A stretch of 64,000 nucleotides of DNA from an uncultured virus (IMG/VR IMGVR_UViG_3300046050_000015) (taxonomy: Duplodnaviria > Heunggongvirae > Uroviricota > Caudoviricetes), in the IMG/VR virus record IMGVR_UViG_3300046050_000015; one strand, written 5' to 3'. Under the pieces are notes generated by a model. That model saw nothing but the letters and a program-made list of their open reading frames with translations, searched no databases and was not told where the DNA came from. Made by a program: the position numbers and the translations under genes. Below are positions 15,939-25,852 of this stretch, piece after piece. The number at the start of each line of letters is the position of its first letter. The first letter of the stretch is position 1.

Positions 15939-18923
15939 CTAGAGTCCCAGGTCCTGGCCGCGACGACTGAAGCGACTACGATGCTTCGAGTACCCCTTGC
16001 GCTTCTTGGAGCGCAAGTTGATAACCCTCACAGGGTCCTTACTGTGTTCGCGGATGTAGGTAAACGCCATAGCCATTGCGTCCACTCGGTCGTCACTTGC
16101 CCCCTCCCCACCGGAAGGCGTGAAGGAGAGCAATTCGTTGATTGTCTGTTCGTCCCGCATGTTGAGCCATACCTTTCCGTTCTTGAGCGCCGTGAGTAGG
16201 CCACTTTCGACCAGGTAAGTGTCTTTATCCTTGGTCTTCGACACGGGTTCAAGCGGTAGAATCTCACGCGAGCGCTGGTGGAGAGAATCGCTAAGTCCCT
16301 TCTGGAAGCCTTGGCTCTCCACGACGATAGCCCGTGGAGTCGTGTAATTCCGTTTCTCCTGCATGTATTTGGATTCGATGAGGTCAATAATCTCTTCGAA
16401 ATCCCACTTGCCAGCCTGCACATCGAAGAACACGTCATTGTCCGTGGTGCGGATAGCTCGCGCGAAGGCCGTGTTGTCGTTTTCACTGTTCTTCCCTACG
16501 GCTAGGTCCCAGGCGTGAACGATGGAGTGTAGGTCGTTTTCGCGTGGAGAGCCGGCAACCTTGGTGTCACAATCGTAGGGTGGGTAGTCGCCAACGTGTT
16601 CTCCTACGGGGTCGTAGAAGTTCATCATCGGCTCCTTGAAGCGATGTTCACCACTACCGACAATCTTGAGCAAGTACTGGCTCTGGAAGGCGGTCCGGTC
16701 TTCAAGCATTTGCAAGATGAGCCATTCCGCTGGCCGGTGTTCACCAACCAAGTCGTAGTGCTCGTCGGATTGGTAGGGACAGTTACCGACCCCGAATGGG
16801 CAACCCCAAAGCGTTTCAATTTCGTTGACACCACGGGGTGTGAGTTCGATATCAACAACGACGCCGTTGTCGTCTTCTTCGATGTTGAAGTGAACGTTTT
16901 TCCTGGGGGGTTTCGGCTTTCCCCTGATGGTCAACGCGGGGCGCTCGACGACGTGGAATTGGTTCTGCTTCTTGATGAGGCGGTCGTAAAGGTCACCATG
17001 ATAGTATCGGGTGCCTAGGACATAAACCTGAGAGTCGCGGTTCAGCGTCCCGACAATCGTTTCTGCCCAGAAGTCCCAGAGTTCTTGCCGAAGGTGTTGG
17101 GTCTTGCTATTTTCCTTCGTCACAACGTCGTCCATAATCACGATGTCTGGGTGCATGCCGGTAATATCACCCTTTGGACCCGCGCCGTATAGGGTGTGGT
17201 CCTTCGATACCGATTTTCTGGATGGGAGGTTGATGGTGTCTTCGTTCCACTTAGTAGCTTTGTCGGAAATGTCATCACCGAAAGCTAAGTGGATAAGGTT
17301 GCTTGCTCCCCCGGTTTCGAACTCTTCACGAATGGCCTTCACGGTTGCCTTGGCGGCGCTAGCACTTTCTTGAATGAGGAGAATGCTTACGTCCTCGTAC
17401 TTGGTGTCTGGGATAGTGGAGTAGCAAATGTGGTGAATGGGGAGGGCTTGGGCAATCATAGACGAGTTATGGCTAACAAACCCATCTGCAACGAAGTTAT
17501 GGTATTCTTCCGTTTCAATATCGTAGACCTTGCTTTCCCCTACTGATTCAATACTTTCAACTTCAATCCATTCAATAGGAGAGTCTAGCAAGTTAAGGAT
17601 TTGTTCGTTCTCTTCCCGCTCAGCCACCCGTCGAACTTTTTCCTTGGTGGTTCGATAGTTGTTACTAATTTTGTCTCCAGCCTTTTTATGCTGGAAGCTT
17701 GACCATTCTGTCAAGTCTCTCCATGAGGGTGGCATCAGTTTCCATTCACTGGTATCATATTCCCAGTCTTTGGTTTGCTCGTACAATTTTTCCAGTTGGT
17801 CTTCCTTTCCGAGGATTCCAACCTCTTCCTTGAATTTTTGAATGTTCTCTTTGCCACCAATGGTTAAAACGTGTACGGTTTCGTATTCTTCGCCATCAAA
17901 GACACCCGGTTTTGTGCACCTGGTGCCAGTGATTCCGAACTGTAGTAATAGGTCTTGGAGGTCATCAACGAGTTGCTCACTAGCTGAAGAATATCCGATA
18001 TTACCTGCATCCATCGCCACATACCCGTCTCCGCCAAAGATGGTTGCAAGGAACTTGGCAATCGTTTGCTTCTTGGCTCTAAAAACGGAATCAGGAACTT
18101 GAACGTTGTACGTTGTATATTTCTTTATGTTGTTCTCTTTAAGAAGTTTTCTTGGGTCTTTGTCAGTAACCTTGATTGTATGGGTATAACCATCTGAATG
18201 GGGACCACTTACTTCATAACCTAACGCCTCTGCACACCGTTTTACCTCCTTGGTTATATCTTCGTTACCATTTGAGAATTGGAAAGAGTCCATGGCCTTG
18301 CACCCTTCAGCCAAGTATATGGCAAGCAGGGTTGCTTCTTCAGGTGCTAGGTCTCCATGCCCATCGTTGCTGTATTTTGACGGCATTGCAATGTAATCCT
18401 CACCTGGTTTAATCTCCTTTACTGTCTTCCATCCGTCAAAAGTGAGGAATCGATGCTCCTCGGTTGCCTTTACTACCCTCCCAACCTTCGACTCAAGCCT
18501 AAATAATTCTTTCTCATTCTCTTCTTTCGCCACTACAACATCTGTTTCTTGGGTCAAGTCCCCACTGAAACTTACTACCTCATCTCCAGGTTTTACATCT
18601 TTTACTTTCTTTTTCGTCATATCTCCGAGAATAACGTCGGTTTCCGGACACCCGCATTTGCTATGCGAACGCGCTTGGAGAAACATCGAACGGTCATACT
18701 TCTGCGCCTCATCGAAGTAGTCGACAAAGTGGGGCGCGATGTCAAGACCAAGGAAAAGGTAAGCAAAGAGGGGAATGTTCTCGTAGGATAACTCGACGGC
18801 CTTTTTGATGAAGGCTTCATCATCCTCCTGCCGTCGATATCGAACCAGTTCGTTCCACTCGTCCTCGTCCACAACGTCGTAATAAACAGGCTGTGGCTCC
18901 TCTAACCGCTTGGTTTCGTCCAT
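15939..18923 (-). CDS. terminase large subunit with intein
   Basis: Walker A ARSHSK|S, ITGMHPDIVIMDD, LGTRY, nuclease WDLA..DNTA..VVESQGFQ..DDRVDA. Confidence 0.9.
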   Translation of the reverse strand: MDETKRLEEPQPVYYDVVDEDEWNELVRYRRQEDDEAFIKKAVELSYENIPLFAYLFLGLDIAPHFVDYFDEAQKYDRSMFLQARSHSKCGCPETDVILGDMTKKKVKDVKPGDEVVSFSGDLTQETDVVVAKEENEKELFRLESKVGRVVKATEEHRFLTFDGWKTVKEIKPGEDYIAMPSKYSNDGHGDLAPEEATLLAIYLAEGCKAMDSFQFSNGNEDITKEVKRCAEALGYEVSGPHSDGYTHTIKVTDKDPRKLLKENNIKKYTTYNVQVPDSVFRAKKQTIAKFLATIFGGDGYVAMDAGNIGYSSASEQLVDDLQDLLLQFGITGTRCTKPGVFDGEEYETVHVLTIGGKENIQKFKEEVGILGKEDQLEKLYEQTKDWEYDTSEWKLMPPSWRDLTEWSSFQHKKAGDKISNNYRTTKEKVRRVAEREENEQILNLLDSPIEWIEVESIESVGESKVYDIETEEYHNFVADGFVSHNSSMIAQALPIHHICYSTIPDTKYEDVSILLIQESASAAKATVKAIREEFETGGASNLIHLAFGDDISDKATKWNEDTINLPSRKSVSKDHTLYGAGPKGDITGMHPDIVIMDDVVTKENSKTQHLRQELWDFWAETIVGTLNRDSQVYVLGTRYYHGDLYDRLIKKQNQFHVVERPALTIRGKPKPPRKNVHFNIEEDDNGVVVDIELTPRGVNEIETLWGCPFGVGNCPYQSDEHYDLVGEHRPAEWLILQMLEDRTAFQSQYLLKIVGSGEHRFKEPMMNFYDPVGEHVGDYPPYDCDTKVAGSPRENDLHSIVHAWDLAVGKNSENDNTAFARAIRTTDNDVFFDVQAGKWDFEEIIDLIESKYMQEKRNYTTPRAIVVESQGFQKGLSDSLHQRSREILPLEPVSKTKDKDTYLVESGLLTALKNGKVWLNMRDEQTINELLSFTPSGGEGASDDRVDAMAMAFTYIREHSKDPVRVINLRSKKRKGYSKHRSRFSRRGQDLGL
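17466..18656 (-). mobile_element. intein (397 aa) with LAGLIDADG homing endonuclease
   Basis: starts Cys (CGCPETDV), block B ATEEHRF, LLAIYLAEG and FLATIFGGDG, ends VYDI..HNFVADGFVSHN|S; lower GC than flanks. Confidence 0.92.
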
Positions 18924-18982
18924 CCGTTAAAAGTTGTACATCGTAACGGAAAAGTATCAGGTAGCGATGTGAAGAGAAGGGG

Positions 18983-19058
18983 TGCGACGTAGCCACCGGG
19001 AGCGGGAGGCAGGGAGAGGGGGATGGGACGAGCGTTGGGAGCCTTCGACTACGCCGCA
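18983..19058 (-). ncRNA. small RNA or 5' leader with C/U-rich loop
   Basis: TGCGGCGTAGTC pairs with GGCTACGTCGCA; TTTAAATA box about 25 nt upstream. Confidence 0.45.
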
Positions 19059-19097
19059 ACTACATGTCTCGCCCCGAACTATTTAAAGGTCCGCAAG

Positions 19098-19511
19098 CTA
19101 CACATCAGGCCCCAACTGAGCCTTCAAAATTTCTACTACATCCTTGGGGTCTGGGTCTGGACCAGTCGTCATGTGCTCATAACCATCCTTGATAACGGCA
19201 TCCCAATGTCTCAGTTCCGCATCGTAGATGCCCGCAAAATTCTCGGTTTGGTCCTCCTCGTGTAGGCTTCCTCCACCAATCGAGATTTCCCCATTGATTA
19301 CCGCGTTCTGGAACGTGTCCTTGATGCGGTAGATGAGTTCTTTGACCTCCTTGTCGAGGAATTCCATGTTACGGACCACCTTCTCAAACATCATGGTCTC
19401 ATGGTTCGCCTTGCCTTCTTCGGGTTTCGGCTCGAACCAGTGGACATACGCTCCAATACGTGGACCAAGGTTTTCAACGTCAATAATTGTCCAAGCAACC
19501 TTATACATCAC
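19098..19511 (-). CDS. hypothetical protein
   Basis: acidic ORF coupled to upstream gene. Confidence 0.6.
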   Translation of the reverse strand: MMYKVAWTIIDVENLGPRIGAYVHWFEPKPEEGKANHETMMFEKVVRNMEFLDKEVKELIYRIKDTFQNAVINGEISIGGGSLHEEDQTENFAGIYDAELRHWDAVIKDGYEHMTTGPDPDPKDVVEILKAQLGPDV

Positions 19512-20650
19512 TATACTTCCGTGCTGGCCTTGGTCAACACGTATCGGTAACCGCTCTTCTCACCGATAAGCTCGTCAGCAGCCCCTTCACTGATTAGACC
19601 CCTCTCTACGGCTTCCTCCACATCGGACACGCTAACCTTGCGACCACCATCCCGCTCGACGAGCGTGCTCTTGAACTTGCCATCATCGTCCTCGACCCCG
19701 ATGCGTTTCTCTCCACTGATGTCGTGGAGACGCATGAGTTCACTCTTTAGTTCCTTCTTGCGTTCGTCCCACTCCTTTTGCTTTTCGTGAGCCTTCTCAT
19801 ACTCACCGATAAGTTTCTTTAGGTCCTCTTCGTCTTCGGGACTTTCAGCAATACGATTATCGAACTCGTCGTGGATGTTGTCCCACATACGTGCATCCGC
19901 GGTGGGGTCCTTCTTGAGCACACTCTTCACGATGGCAATGGCTTTGTCTTCGTAGTAGTTGAGGAGGTCGTCAAGTTCATCCCGAGTAACCTGCTCAGGC
20001 TCGACAATCGGGGGTGGGTACGTTGGGGCAACCGCCGTCACGACTCCACCAGGCTTATGTTCGTCGAGGTCAATGGCGAGAGTTCTCTTGTCTTCGGGGG
20101 CCCATTCGGCATTCTCAAACGTGATACGTCCACCGTTCGCTTCGGCAGCGTTGAACATCATGGCCAAGTACAGGAGTCCCTGGCGGCGAGCGGCCTCAAT
20201 TTGGTTGTCGGTAGGCATCCCGTGGCTCTTATGCTCGTCCACGAAAACCCAACCGTTGATGATGTCCACACCATCCGGGTGTCCCTGTATACGCCATAGC
20301 GACGTGTTGAGAGCCTGGGAGGCGCCAAGGTCAACCTCTTCAGGGTCCCAGTTGTCAGCGATGTTCCCGGTATCAATCTCGGGCAACTCATAGCGAAGCC
20401 TACACTCCCCATGAGGCATGTCTTGGAGGGCCGCGTCCCCGAGACTGTCCCCCCGGAAGGTGTAGTAAGCGGGAACATCATCCTCTTCCCCTTCAATCTT
20501 GTCAATCATTTCCGAAGCCAACTCCTCAGCGCTCTTCTTGACAAGCTGGCTCCCAGAGACGTAACTACCCACGGGATGTGGGTGCCCCTCGGGGTGGTAA
20601 CGACTCCGAATTTTCTGCGTGTGTTCGTATAGTGCGTCTTCGCGATTCAT
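19511..20650 (-). CDS. PD-(D/E)XK nuclease (YqaJ/Cas4-like fold) with C-terminal coiled coil
   Basis: IQGHPDG..VDEHKS..QGLLY. Confidence 0.7.
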   Translation of the reverse strand: MNREDALYEHTQKIRSRYHPEGHPHPVGSYVSGSQLVKKSAEELASEMIDKIEGEEDDVPAYYTFRGDSLGDAALQDMPHGECRLRYELPEIDTGNIADNWDPEEVDLGASQALNTSLWRIQGHPDGVDIINGWVFVDEHKSHGMPTDNQIEAARRQGLLYLAMMFNAAEANGGRITFENAEWAPEDKRTLAIDLDEHKPGGVVTAVAPTYPPPIVEPEQVTRDELDDLLNYYEDKAIAIVKSVLKKDPTADARMWDNIHDEFDNRIAESPEDEEDLKKLIGEYEKAHEKQKEWDERKKELKSELMRLHDISGEKRIGVEDDDGKFKSTLVERDGGRKVSVSDVEEAVERGLISEGAADELIGEKSGYRYVLTKASTEV

Positions 20651-22143
20651 TCTACTTCACCCATACGGTCAATCAATTGCGGAATCTTGTGAGCGTTCGC
20701 CTCATAATAGAAGCGTTCCGTTAACTGGTAAGCGTCGGCGTCCTTGTCGGCAGCACGCTCAAGCCACCCCTTCTCTAAACCATGGTCCGAAATGGCCCGA
20801 TACATGGTTCGTCGAGAACAACCCAAGCGGCCATCCTCTTTGGCAAGGTTCGCCAAGTCGGAACCACGGAACGTAACCTCTAAGCATTCCTGGGTATTGA
20901 TGGGGACATCGTGAAGAATGTGGACACCCATGGCAATTCGCTTCAACCATTTCAGGTCCTCGCTTTCGTCGATGTCCTGCATCTCGTTCTCGTATCGCTG
21001 CCGAACCTGTTGCCGCCAGAAATACATCGCGGTTTCCTTGTCCTGCTCCTTGTACTCCAGCTCGGGAACCGTCATACCGTCCTCGGCACGGTCCCATTCG
21101 CGTACGGTGCGCTCCCAGGCGGCACCCGTGAGCAGTTGATGGATGATGCCCTGGTCTCGACCGGACCGTACCCTGTCGGCACGTTTCCCCATCTGTTGCT
21201 CGATTTGTCGGAAGAACTTGCGCCCATAGTCGAGTAGGTCCTGAACCATGTCAAAGGGTGGAGAGTTCAAGTAATCAAGTTGGAGATGCCAGGCGTCATG
21301 GTTGTGGCGGGCAATCTTCTCCATGTTATCTTCGTCGACCACACGCTCAGCATACCAGGCCTTGTCGACCTGGCTATCGGTGGCGTTCCAGGCCGAAACA
21401 TACATGCGGTCCCAGAGACCGCTCTGCTTGATGGCGTCCATGAAGTCGCCCTCGATGGGTCGCGTGCACCCAATGAGGGCGGTTTCCACGTCGTATTTCA
21501 CAATCTTGTTCTCGGGGTCGAATGTGACACCGAAATCGTCAAGCTCTGCTTGAGCCTTCTCGGAATCTTCGACGTTACCGAACTTGACAAGTGAACGACT
21601 AACGTGTCCTTCTTCGAGGATTTCATTGAAGATTTCTCCGGTTTCTTTGGCCCCGGCGAAGTTCGCTCGCATCGCAGACATAAGCTCGGAAGAGAAAAGG
21701 TAGTCGGTTTTCGCAATCAGCGGCGGCATGATTTCACCAGTTTCGTCGATGGACCCGAGCAACTTGGGCCACGAAGTTCCTTTCCCGGTCATTTTGTACT
21801 GAGTCGGGGGTCGGGTTCCGCCCTGGTTGGCTACCTTGTCACCTTCGGTCAGGTCCTTGGCGTCGATTCCCTTGCTAAGGAAAATCTTGGCTCCACTGGA
21901 CTTGTACCAACCGCGGGTGGCGTGGAGAATGAGGTGGCGCCGGGCTCGAAGTCCCTCTTTGTCGTCGTATTCGCGTTTACCCATACTTTGGAGCATGTGC
22001 GTCATTTCGAGGTCTGGGTACCAGAGCCGCAGGGGTCCGCCCTTGGTTACTTCCCGTGCCCCGGCGAGCCAGGCGTGACCGAACGTGGTACCTTGAATCT
22101 CTTCGGGTACGTTAGACTGGTCTAATTTCGAATGGTCCCTCAT
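20647..22143 (-). CDS. MCM-like AAA+ ATPase with C-terminal winged helix, degenerate Walker motifs
   Basis: HLILHATRGWYKS, LLGSIDETGEIMPPLI, LIGCTRP, GLWDRM, RSGRD in MCM motif order. Confidence 0.55.
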   Translation of the reverse strand: MRDHSKLDQSNVPEEIQGTTFGHAWLAGAREVTKGGPLRLWYPDLEMTHMLQSMGKREYDDKEGLRARRHLILHATRGWYKSSGAKIFLSKGIDAKDLTEGDKVANQGGTRPPTQYKMTGKGTSWPKLLGSIDETGEIMPPLIAKTDYLFSSELMSAMRANFAGAKETGEIFNEILEEGHVSRSLVKFGNVEDSEKAQAELDDFGVTFDPENKIVKYDVETALIGCTRPIEGDFMDAIKQSGLWDRMYVSAWNATDSQVDKAWYAERVVDEDNMEKIARHNHDAWHLQLDYLNSPPFDMVQDLLDYGRKFFRQIEQQMGKRADRVRSGRDQGIIHQLLTGAAWERTVREWDRAEDGMTVPELEYKEQDKETAMYFWRQQVRQRYENEMQDIDESEDLKWLKRIAMGVHILHDVPINTQECLEVTFRGSDLANLAKEDGRLGCSRRTMYRAISDHGLEKGWLERAADKDADAYQLTERFYYEANAHKIPQLIDRMGEVE

Positions 22144-22249
22144 CGTAGCACCACCATATGTTCGACACCCTTCTTAAGTCTTTGGCACATGTGTCATCTA
22201 AGCTTATGGAGTTATAATATAACAAGTAGAGAGTATATGATTGTGACAG

Positions 22250-22933
22250 TTATAGGAGACTTTTGACACCGCCCCGTTGTTCAGCCTGTCGTAACCGAAC
22301 AAGCCAATTTCGTAAACGTTCTTCATCAGGCTCTTCTTGAAGGGTGGAGTTCCCCTTAGCCTCCTCCAGTTCGTCCACCTCGTCAAGGATGTCGTTCCAT
22401 TTAACTGTCTCAGGATTAACGGCGTAGAACCATAACCCTTCGTCACGGAACACCCTCTTCACGCACCGGACTATGCGGAGAATCTTCGCAGCTCGGTGAG
22501 GGTTCGCATCTTCTGTTCCCTCGTATTTATGATAGCTACTGAGTGCCATCCCCTTGGCCGAATCGAAAAGTGACAGCGATAAATTTTCCTCTACGATTTC
22601 TCGCAGGTTCCACATACGCTCGTCTGCGTATTCGACCTTGGGTGAGAGCAACCGAAGTGTGTTGTTGATGTTTCCCTTACAAATGAGGTTGAGTGTGTGT
22701 TCGATTTCGTGAAGATGAAAATCGTACTCATCACCTGCAATATCCTCGAACCAATCGTAGGTCGTTTTATTCGCCGTACCACCAAGGAAACGTTCAGTTG
22801 GTTCAAGGTAAACCATGTGATAGTCGTAGTCGGAACCTTCGTGCTCCATTCCCCACATTCGGGAACCGACAAGCGAGCGGAAGATGAGCCGGTCTCGGGC
22901 ATCTTCCTTCGTAAAACTATCGGTAGCGTCCAT
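22250..22933 (-). CDS. Pol-beta family nucleotidyltransferase (RlaP/YcgL-like)
   Basis: LVGSRMWGMEHEGSDYD; KGNINN..LLSP. Confidence 0.8.
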   Translation of the reverse strand: MDATDSFTKEDARDRLIFRSLVGSRMWGMEHEGSDYDYHMVYLEPTERFLGGTANKTTYDWFEDIAGDEYDFHLHEIEHTLNLICKGNINNTLRLLSPKVEYADERMWNLREIVEENLSLSLFDSAKGMALSSYHKYEGTEDANPHRAAKILRIVRCVKRVFRDEGLWFYAVNPETVKWNDILDEVDELEEAKGNSTLQEEPDEERLRNWLVRLRQAEQRGGVKSLL

Positions 22934-23016
22934 TGTGCGTCAAAGTGATACCCAGACATTTAACCGTTTCGGTCGCTGCGATAGATTCAAAAGGTCTAAT
23001 ATACAAGAATTATACG

Positions 23017-23634
23017 ATGGGCCGAAAACCAAAAAAGAGGGTTCGGAAAGCAGCCAGGGTTGCCCAGATGATTCCAGATGGCAACACGAAAATTCACGAC
23101 CACCCCGAGCGGAACAAGATTTACGAGGTCATGGCCATCTATGCCCTCACTCCCGAAAGCCAACGGCGTTCGTTAGCCGAGCTTGAGAAAGACCTCAAAG
23201 TTGAGTTCGAGCTTGACGTTGATGGTAATGGTTCATATACTCACTGGTTCCTGAAGGAGTACGTGACGCCCGAAGTTAAGGTTCTCCCAGGCTGGTTCAA
23301 AGCCGAAATGGTCGAGCGAGACATCTCGGCACTTGAGGTCCCAATTCAAGAAGGAGAAAACCTGAAAAAGGCTCAAGCAAAGCTGGAAGAAGCTCTCAGC
23401 AACCCCGAAGCTGACTACAGCGAGATTGCAACACTAATGCGTGCCGTCCAATCGATGCGTAACGACTTCAAAGATACACTCGAACGCTTCAACACGTATC
23501 CGGAAGAAAAGCCGGACAAGAGTGAAGAGAGGAGCATCAACATCGACATTAGTGCCGACGACCTACAAGAGGCCGGTGGAGAGAAGGTACAAGATGTCGA
23601 AGGTGGCGTAGCTGACGACTTGGACCTGGACTAG
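23017..23634 (+). CDS. hypothetical protein, possible small terminase
   Basis: lone plus-strand gene; basic N-term, helical middle, SINIDI tail; function speculative. Confidence 0.4.
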   Translation: MGRKPKKRVRKAARVAQMIPDGNTKIHDHPERNKIYEVMAIYALTPESQRRSLAELEKDLKVEFELDVDGNGSYTHWFLKEYVTPEVKVLPGWFKAEMVERDISALEVPIQEGENLKKAQAKLEEALSNPEADYSEIATLMRAVQSMRNDFKDTLERFNTYPEEKPDKSEERSINIDISADDLQEAGGEKVQDVEGGVADDLDLD

Positions 23635-23957
23635 AGTTCTAGGTTTAGAGCCTCGAAATCGTCTTGGTCCTCGCCCCGAATCTCCACCGTTACAGTATCA
23701 GCTACCTCACCAACATCTACACCACCGTCTTGTAGAGTCTTGAAGAAATTGGAGTCGATAACCTGTAGGTCGTACTCAGTGAGGGGGCCGTGTAGAGTTG
23801 CGTGGTCGAGAATACCTTCGATGGTCTCCCGGATGTAATCTTTTCCCCGTTCGTTATCCGGGATGTTCTCTTTCCGTAACCCCTGAATTGTTTCCTCAAC
23901 CCGTTTTCGAATAGCTGTGATTTGTTCCATACAACTCACCTCATATCGTCGTGACAC
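23631..23957 (-). CDS. hypothetical protein
   Basis: acidic ORF. Confidence 0.5.
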   Translation of the reverse strand: MSRRYEVSCMEQITAIRKRVEETIQGLRKENIPDNERGKDYIRETIEGILDHATLHGPLTEYDLQVIDSNFFKTLQDGGVDVGEVADTVTVEIRGEDQDDFEALNLEL

Positions 23958-24223
23958 CTTAGAATCCAGTGGAAGTGCTTCTTCATTTGTTGATGTTGTA
24001 CTGTCTTGGTTCGCACCAGGTCATGTTCTTCCATCTTATAGAGTTTCTTCCTGTTTTCCTTTTCGATGGGTGAGTCAAGGGCAACCGTATCCTCATCGAA
24101 GACATCTTCAATGGTTTCGATAACCCAACCGATGTCTCCGTCTACTTTAGCTTTGACCCACCGTCGAAGGTTTTGTTCGCTTGGAAGTTCCTCACCTTCT
24201 AATTGTTTCGAGGTGTCCATCAT
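23936..24223 (-). CDS. winged-helix protein, TFE-alpha-like
   Basis: RKKLYKMEEHDLV..R..W pattern resembles TFE recognition helix and wing. Confidence 0.45.
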   Translation of the reverse strand: MMDTSKQLEGEELPSEQNLRRWVKAKVDGDIGWVIETIEDVFDEDTVALDSPIEKENRKKLYKMEEHDLVRTKTVQHQQMKKHFHWILRCHDDMR

Positions 24224-24472
24224 AAGGTATTATACATAAAGTTGTACTCCACCTTAAAAAGTTTTTGGTGGGTTCCTTATGAGTCTAACGATTCGACATG
24301 CTCTTCAAATTGAGTAACCAGTTTCTTCTCGCCAACCTTCAGCTTGTTCTGAGATAGCGTGTATCTCGCTCGACCCCTCCAATCTCCACACTTGCATCGT
24401 CCGATAAGATGTCGATACGTTCGTTTGTCTTCCGCACGTACCCGGAGTGCATGTCCGTCTGGCGGACTGCCG

Positions 24473-24652
24473 TCATAGGACATCCTCAGCAAGCTCCACA
24501 GCTTCCCCAAGGAACTTTTCGGCCTTTCCTAGGGCATCTTCCGCCTGAGTAGTATATCCCAACTCAGAGTATTGTGAGGCAATCTTTTCCATTCGGTGCG
24601 CTGCATCCATGTAGAATCGAATTTTTTGGTCCTGTTCTGCTGTCGGTGTCAT
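24473..24652 (-). CDS. hypothetical protein
   Basis: MTPTAEQDQK... acidic ORF in operon. Confidence 0.5.
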   Translation of the reverse strand: MTPTAEQDQKIRFYMDAAHRMEKIASQYSELGYTTQAEDALGKAEKFLGEAVELAEDVL

Positions 24653-24656
24653 GATA

Positions 24657-24932
24657 TCACTCCAATAAGTGTTCAACGAACTCATTTTCTGCGGCCACCA
24701 GGTCGTCGTACACGATACGCTTGCGACCATCCTCGTGTGTGATAACTTCAGCCTCAGCAAAAACCTCTTGGCAAACCATCTGTAGGAAACCATCCATCTC
24801 CACGACGCTATCAGACCCGATTTGTGTAGAGCTGGTGAAGATTTCTTTCCCAAGGTCTTTGATTTTGCCCTCACTGAAGTAGGTATCCTTGTCGAAGTCG
24901 GGTTCTACTCCGTCTAGCATGTCGTCTTCCAT
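24657..24932 (-). CDS. hypothetical protein
   Basis: acidic ORF. Confidence 0.55.
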   Translation of the reverse strand: MEDDMLDGVEPDFDKDTYFSEGKIKDLGKEIFTSSTQIGSDSVVEMDGFLQMVCQEVFAEAEVITHEDGRKRIVYDDLVAAENEFVEHLLE

Positions 24933-24960
24933 GGCTACCCGTACATATGGATGGCCTTAC

Positions 24961-25539
24961 TTAGGCTTTTGGGGTACTCCACTCACTGTTTCCAAGATGG
25001 TTAACCACACAAACCAACAGTTCGACGGCTTGCCTAGCGTCCCACAAGGCGTTGTGCTCTCGCTCGTTGGAGGTGATGTCCTTATAGAAGCGTTTGTGTG
25101 TCTTCTCAGGTTCGTCTTCTACGTAGTCCACGATGGATAACGCTGTGTTGAGTTCGCGGACCTCGTAGTCGAATAGGGCGTCTAGGCGGGGCATTTGTTC
25201 TTCGACGAATTGCATGTCGAAGCCGCCGACGTTGAACCCGATGGCGATGTGGTCATCGGTCTCGATGCCGGTGGTTTCTTTGAGCCATTCAGCAGCAATG
25301 AGGTCAGCTTCATCGATAGTGGGGTTCTCGGGGTCATTAATGTCACCCCATTCGATATCGTTGATGGCCATAGCTTGGTCTTCCCATTCGATGGTCCCGG
25401 GGTAATGAATCTCGGCGTACCACTCTTCACCCGTGCGTGGGTGGACCATCCCAAGACTTAACAGGCTGTGTTCATCTTCGTCGACCCCAGATGTTTCGAT
25501 GTCAAGAGCGACGAGGCGATTCGGCACGTCTCGGTCCAT
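24961..25539 (-). CDS. DEDDh (DnaQ-like) 3'-5' exonuclease
   Basis: LDIETSG, GFNVGGFD, HNALWDA. Confidence 0.9.
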   Translation of the reverse strand: MDRDVPNRLVALDIETSGVDEDEHSLLSLGMVHPRTGEEWYAEIHYPGTIEWEDQAMAINDIEWGDINDPENPTIDEADLIAAEWLKETTGIETDDHIAIGFNVGGFDMQFVEEQMPRLDALFDYEVRELNTALSIVDYVEDEPEKTHKRFYKDITSNEREHNALWDARQAVELLVCVVNHLGNSEWSTPKA

Positions 25540-25540
25540 G

Positions 25541-25819
25541 TCAATAGTAGAGGTCAACGAAGTCGTCAATCATCGTCATGAATGCCGCCGTACTTCCTAG
25601 AGCCTTCGTTGCATCTGCATCGTCGTTAATGTCAAGCTCTGATAGTGCTTCGAGGTACTTCTCAATGGCATCGTCCACATCCAGGTTTTCGGCTTCGGAG
25701 GCATCTTCGAAGTCAAACCGTTGAAGATAGAAATCTACCCCCTCAAATGCGTTGTTCTCCTCGAACATATCCTCCGCGAAATCGTAGAGTAACTGTGTCT
25801 GTAACTGGGAGCGTTCCAT
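25541..25819 (-). CDS. hypothetical protein
   Basis: acidic ORF. Confidence 0.55.
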   Translation of the reverse strand: MERSQLQTQLLYDFAEDMFEENNAFEGVDFYLQRFDFEDASEAENLDVDDAIEKYLEALSELDINDDADATKALGSTAAFMTMIDDFVDLYY

Positions 25820-25852
25820 GAATACCGTAAGGCTTAAGCGCTTCGCTCTTAC

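Noticed and set aside
19511..20650. Cas4 of a CRISPR system
   Set aside because: lacks the four Fe-S cysteines; no cas context
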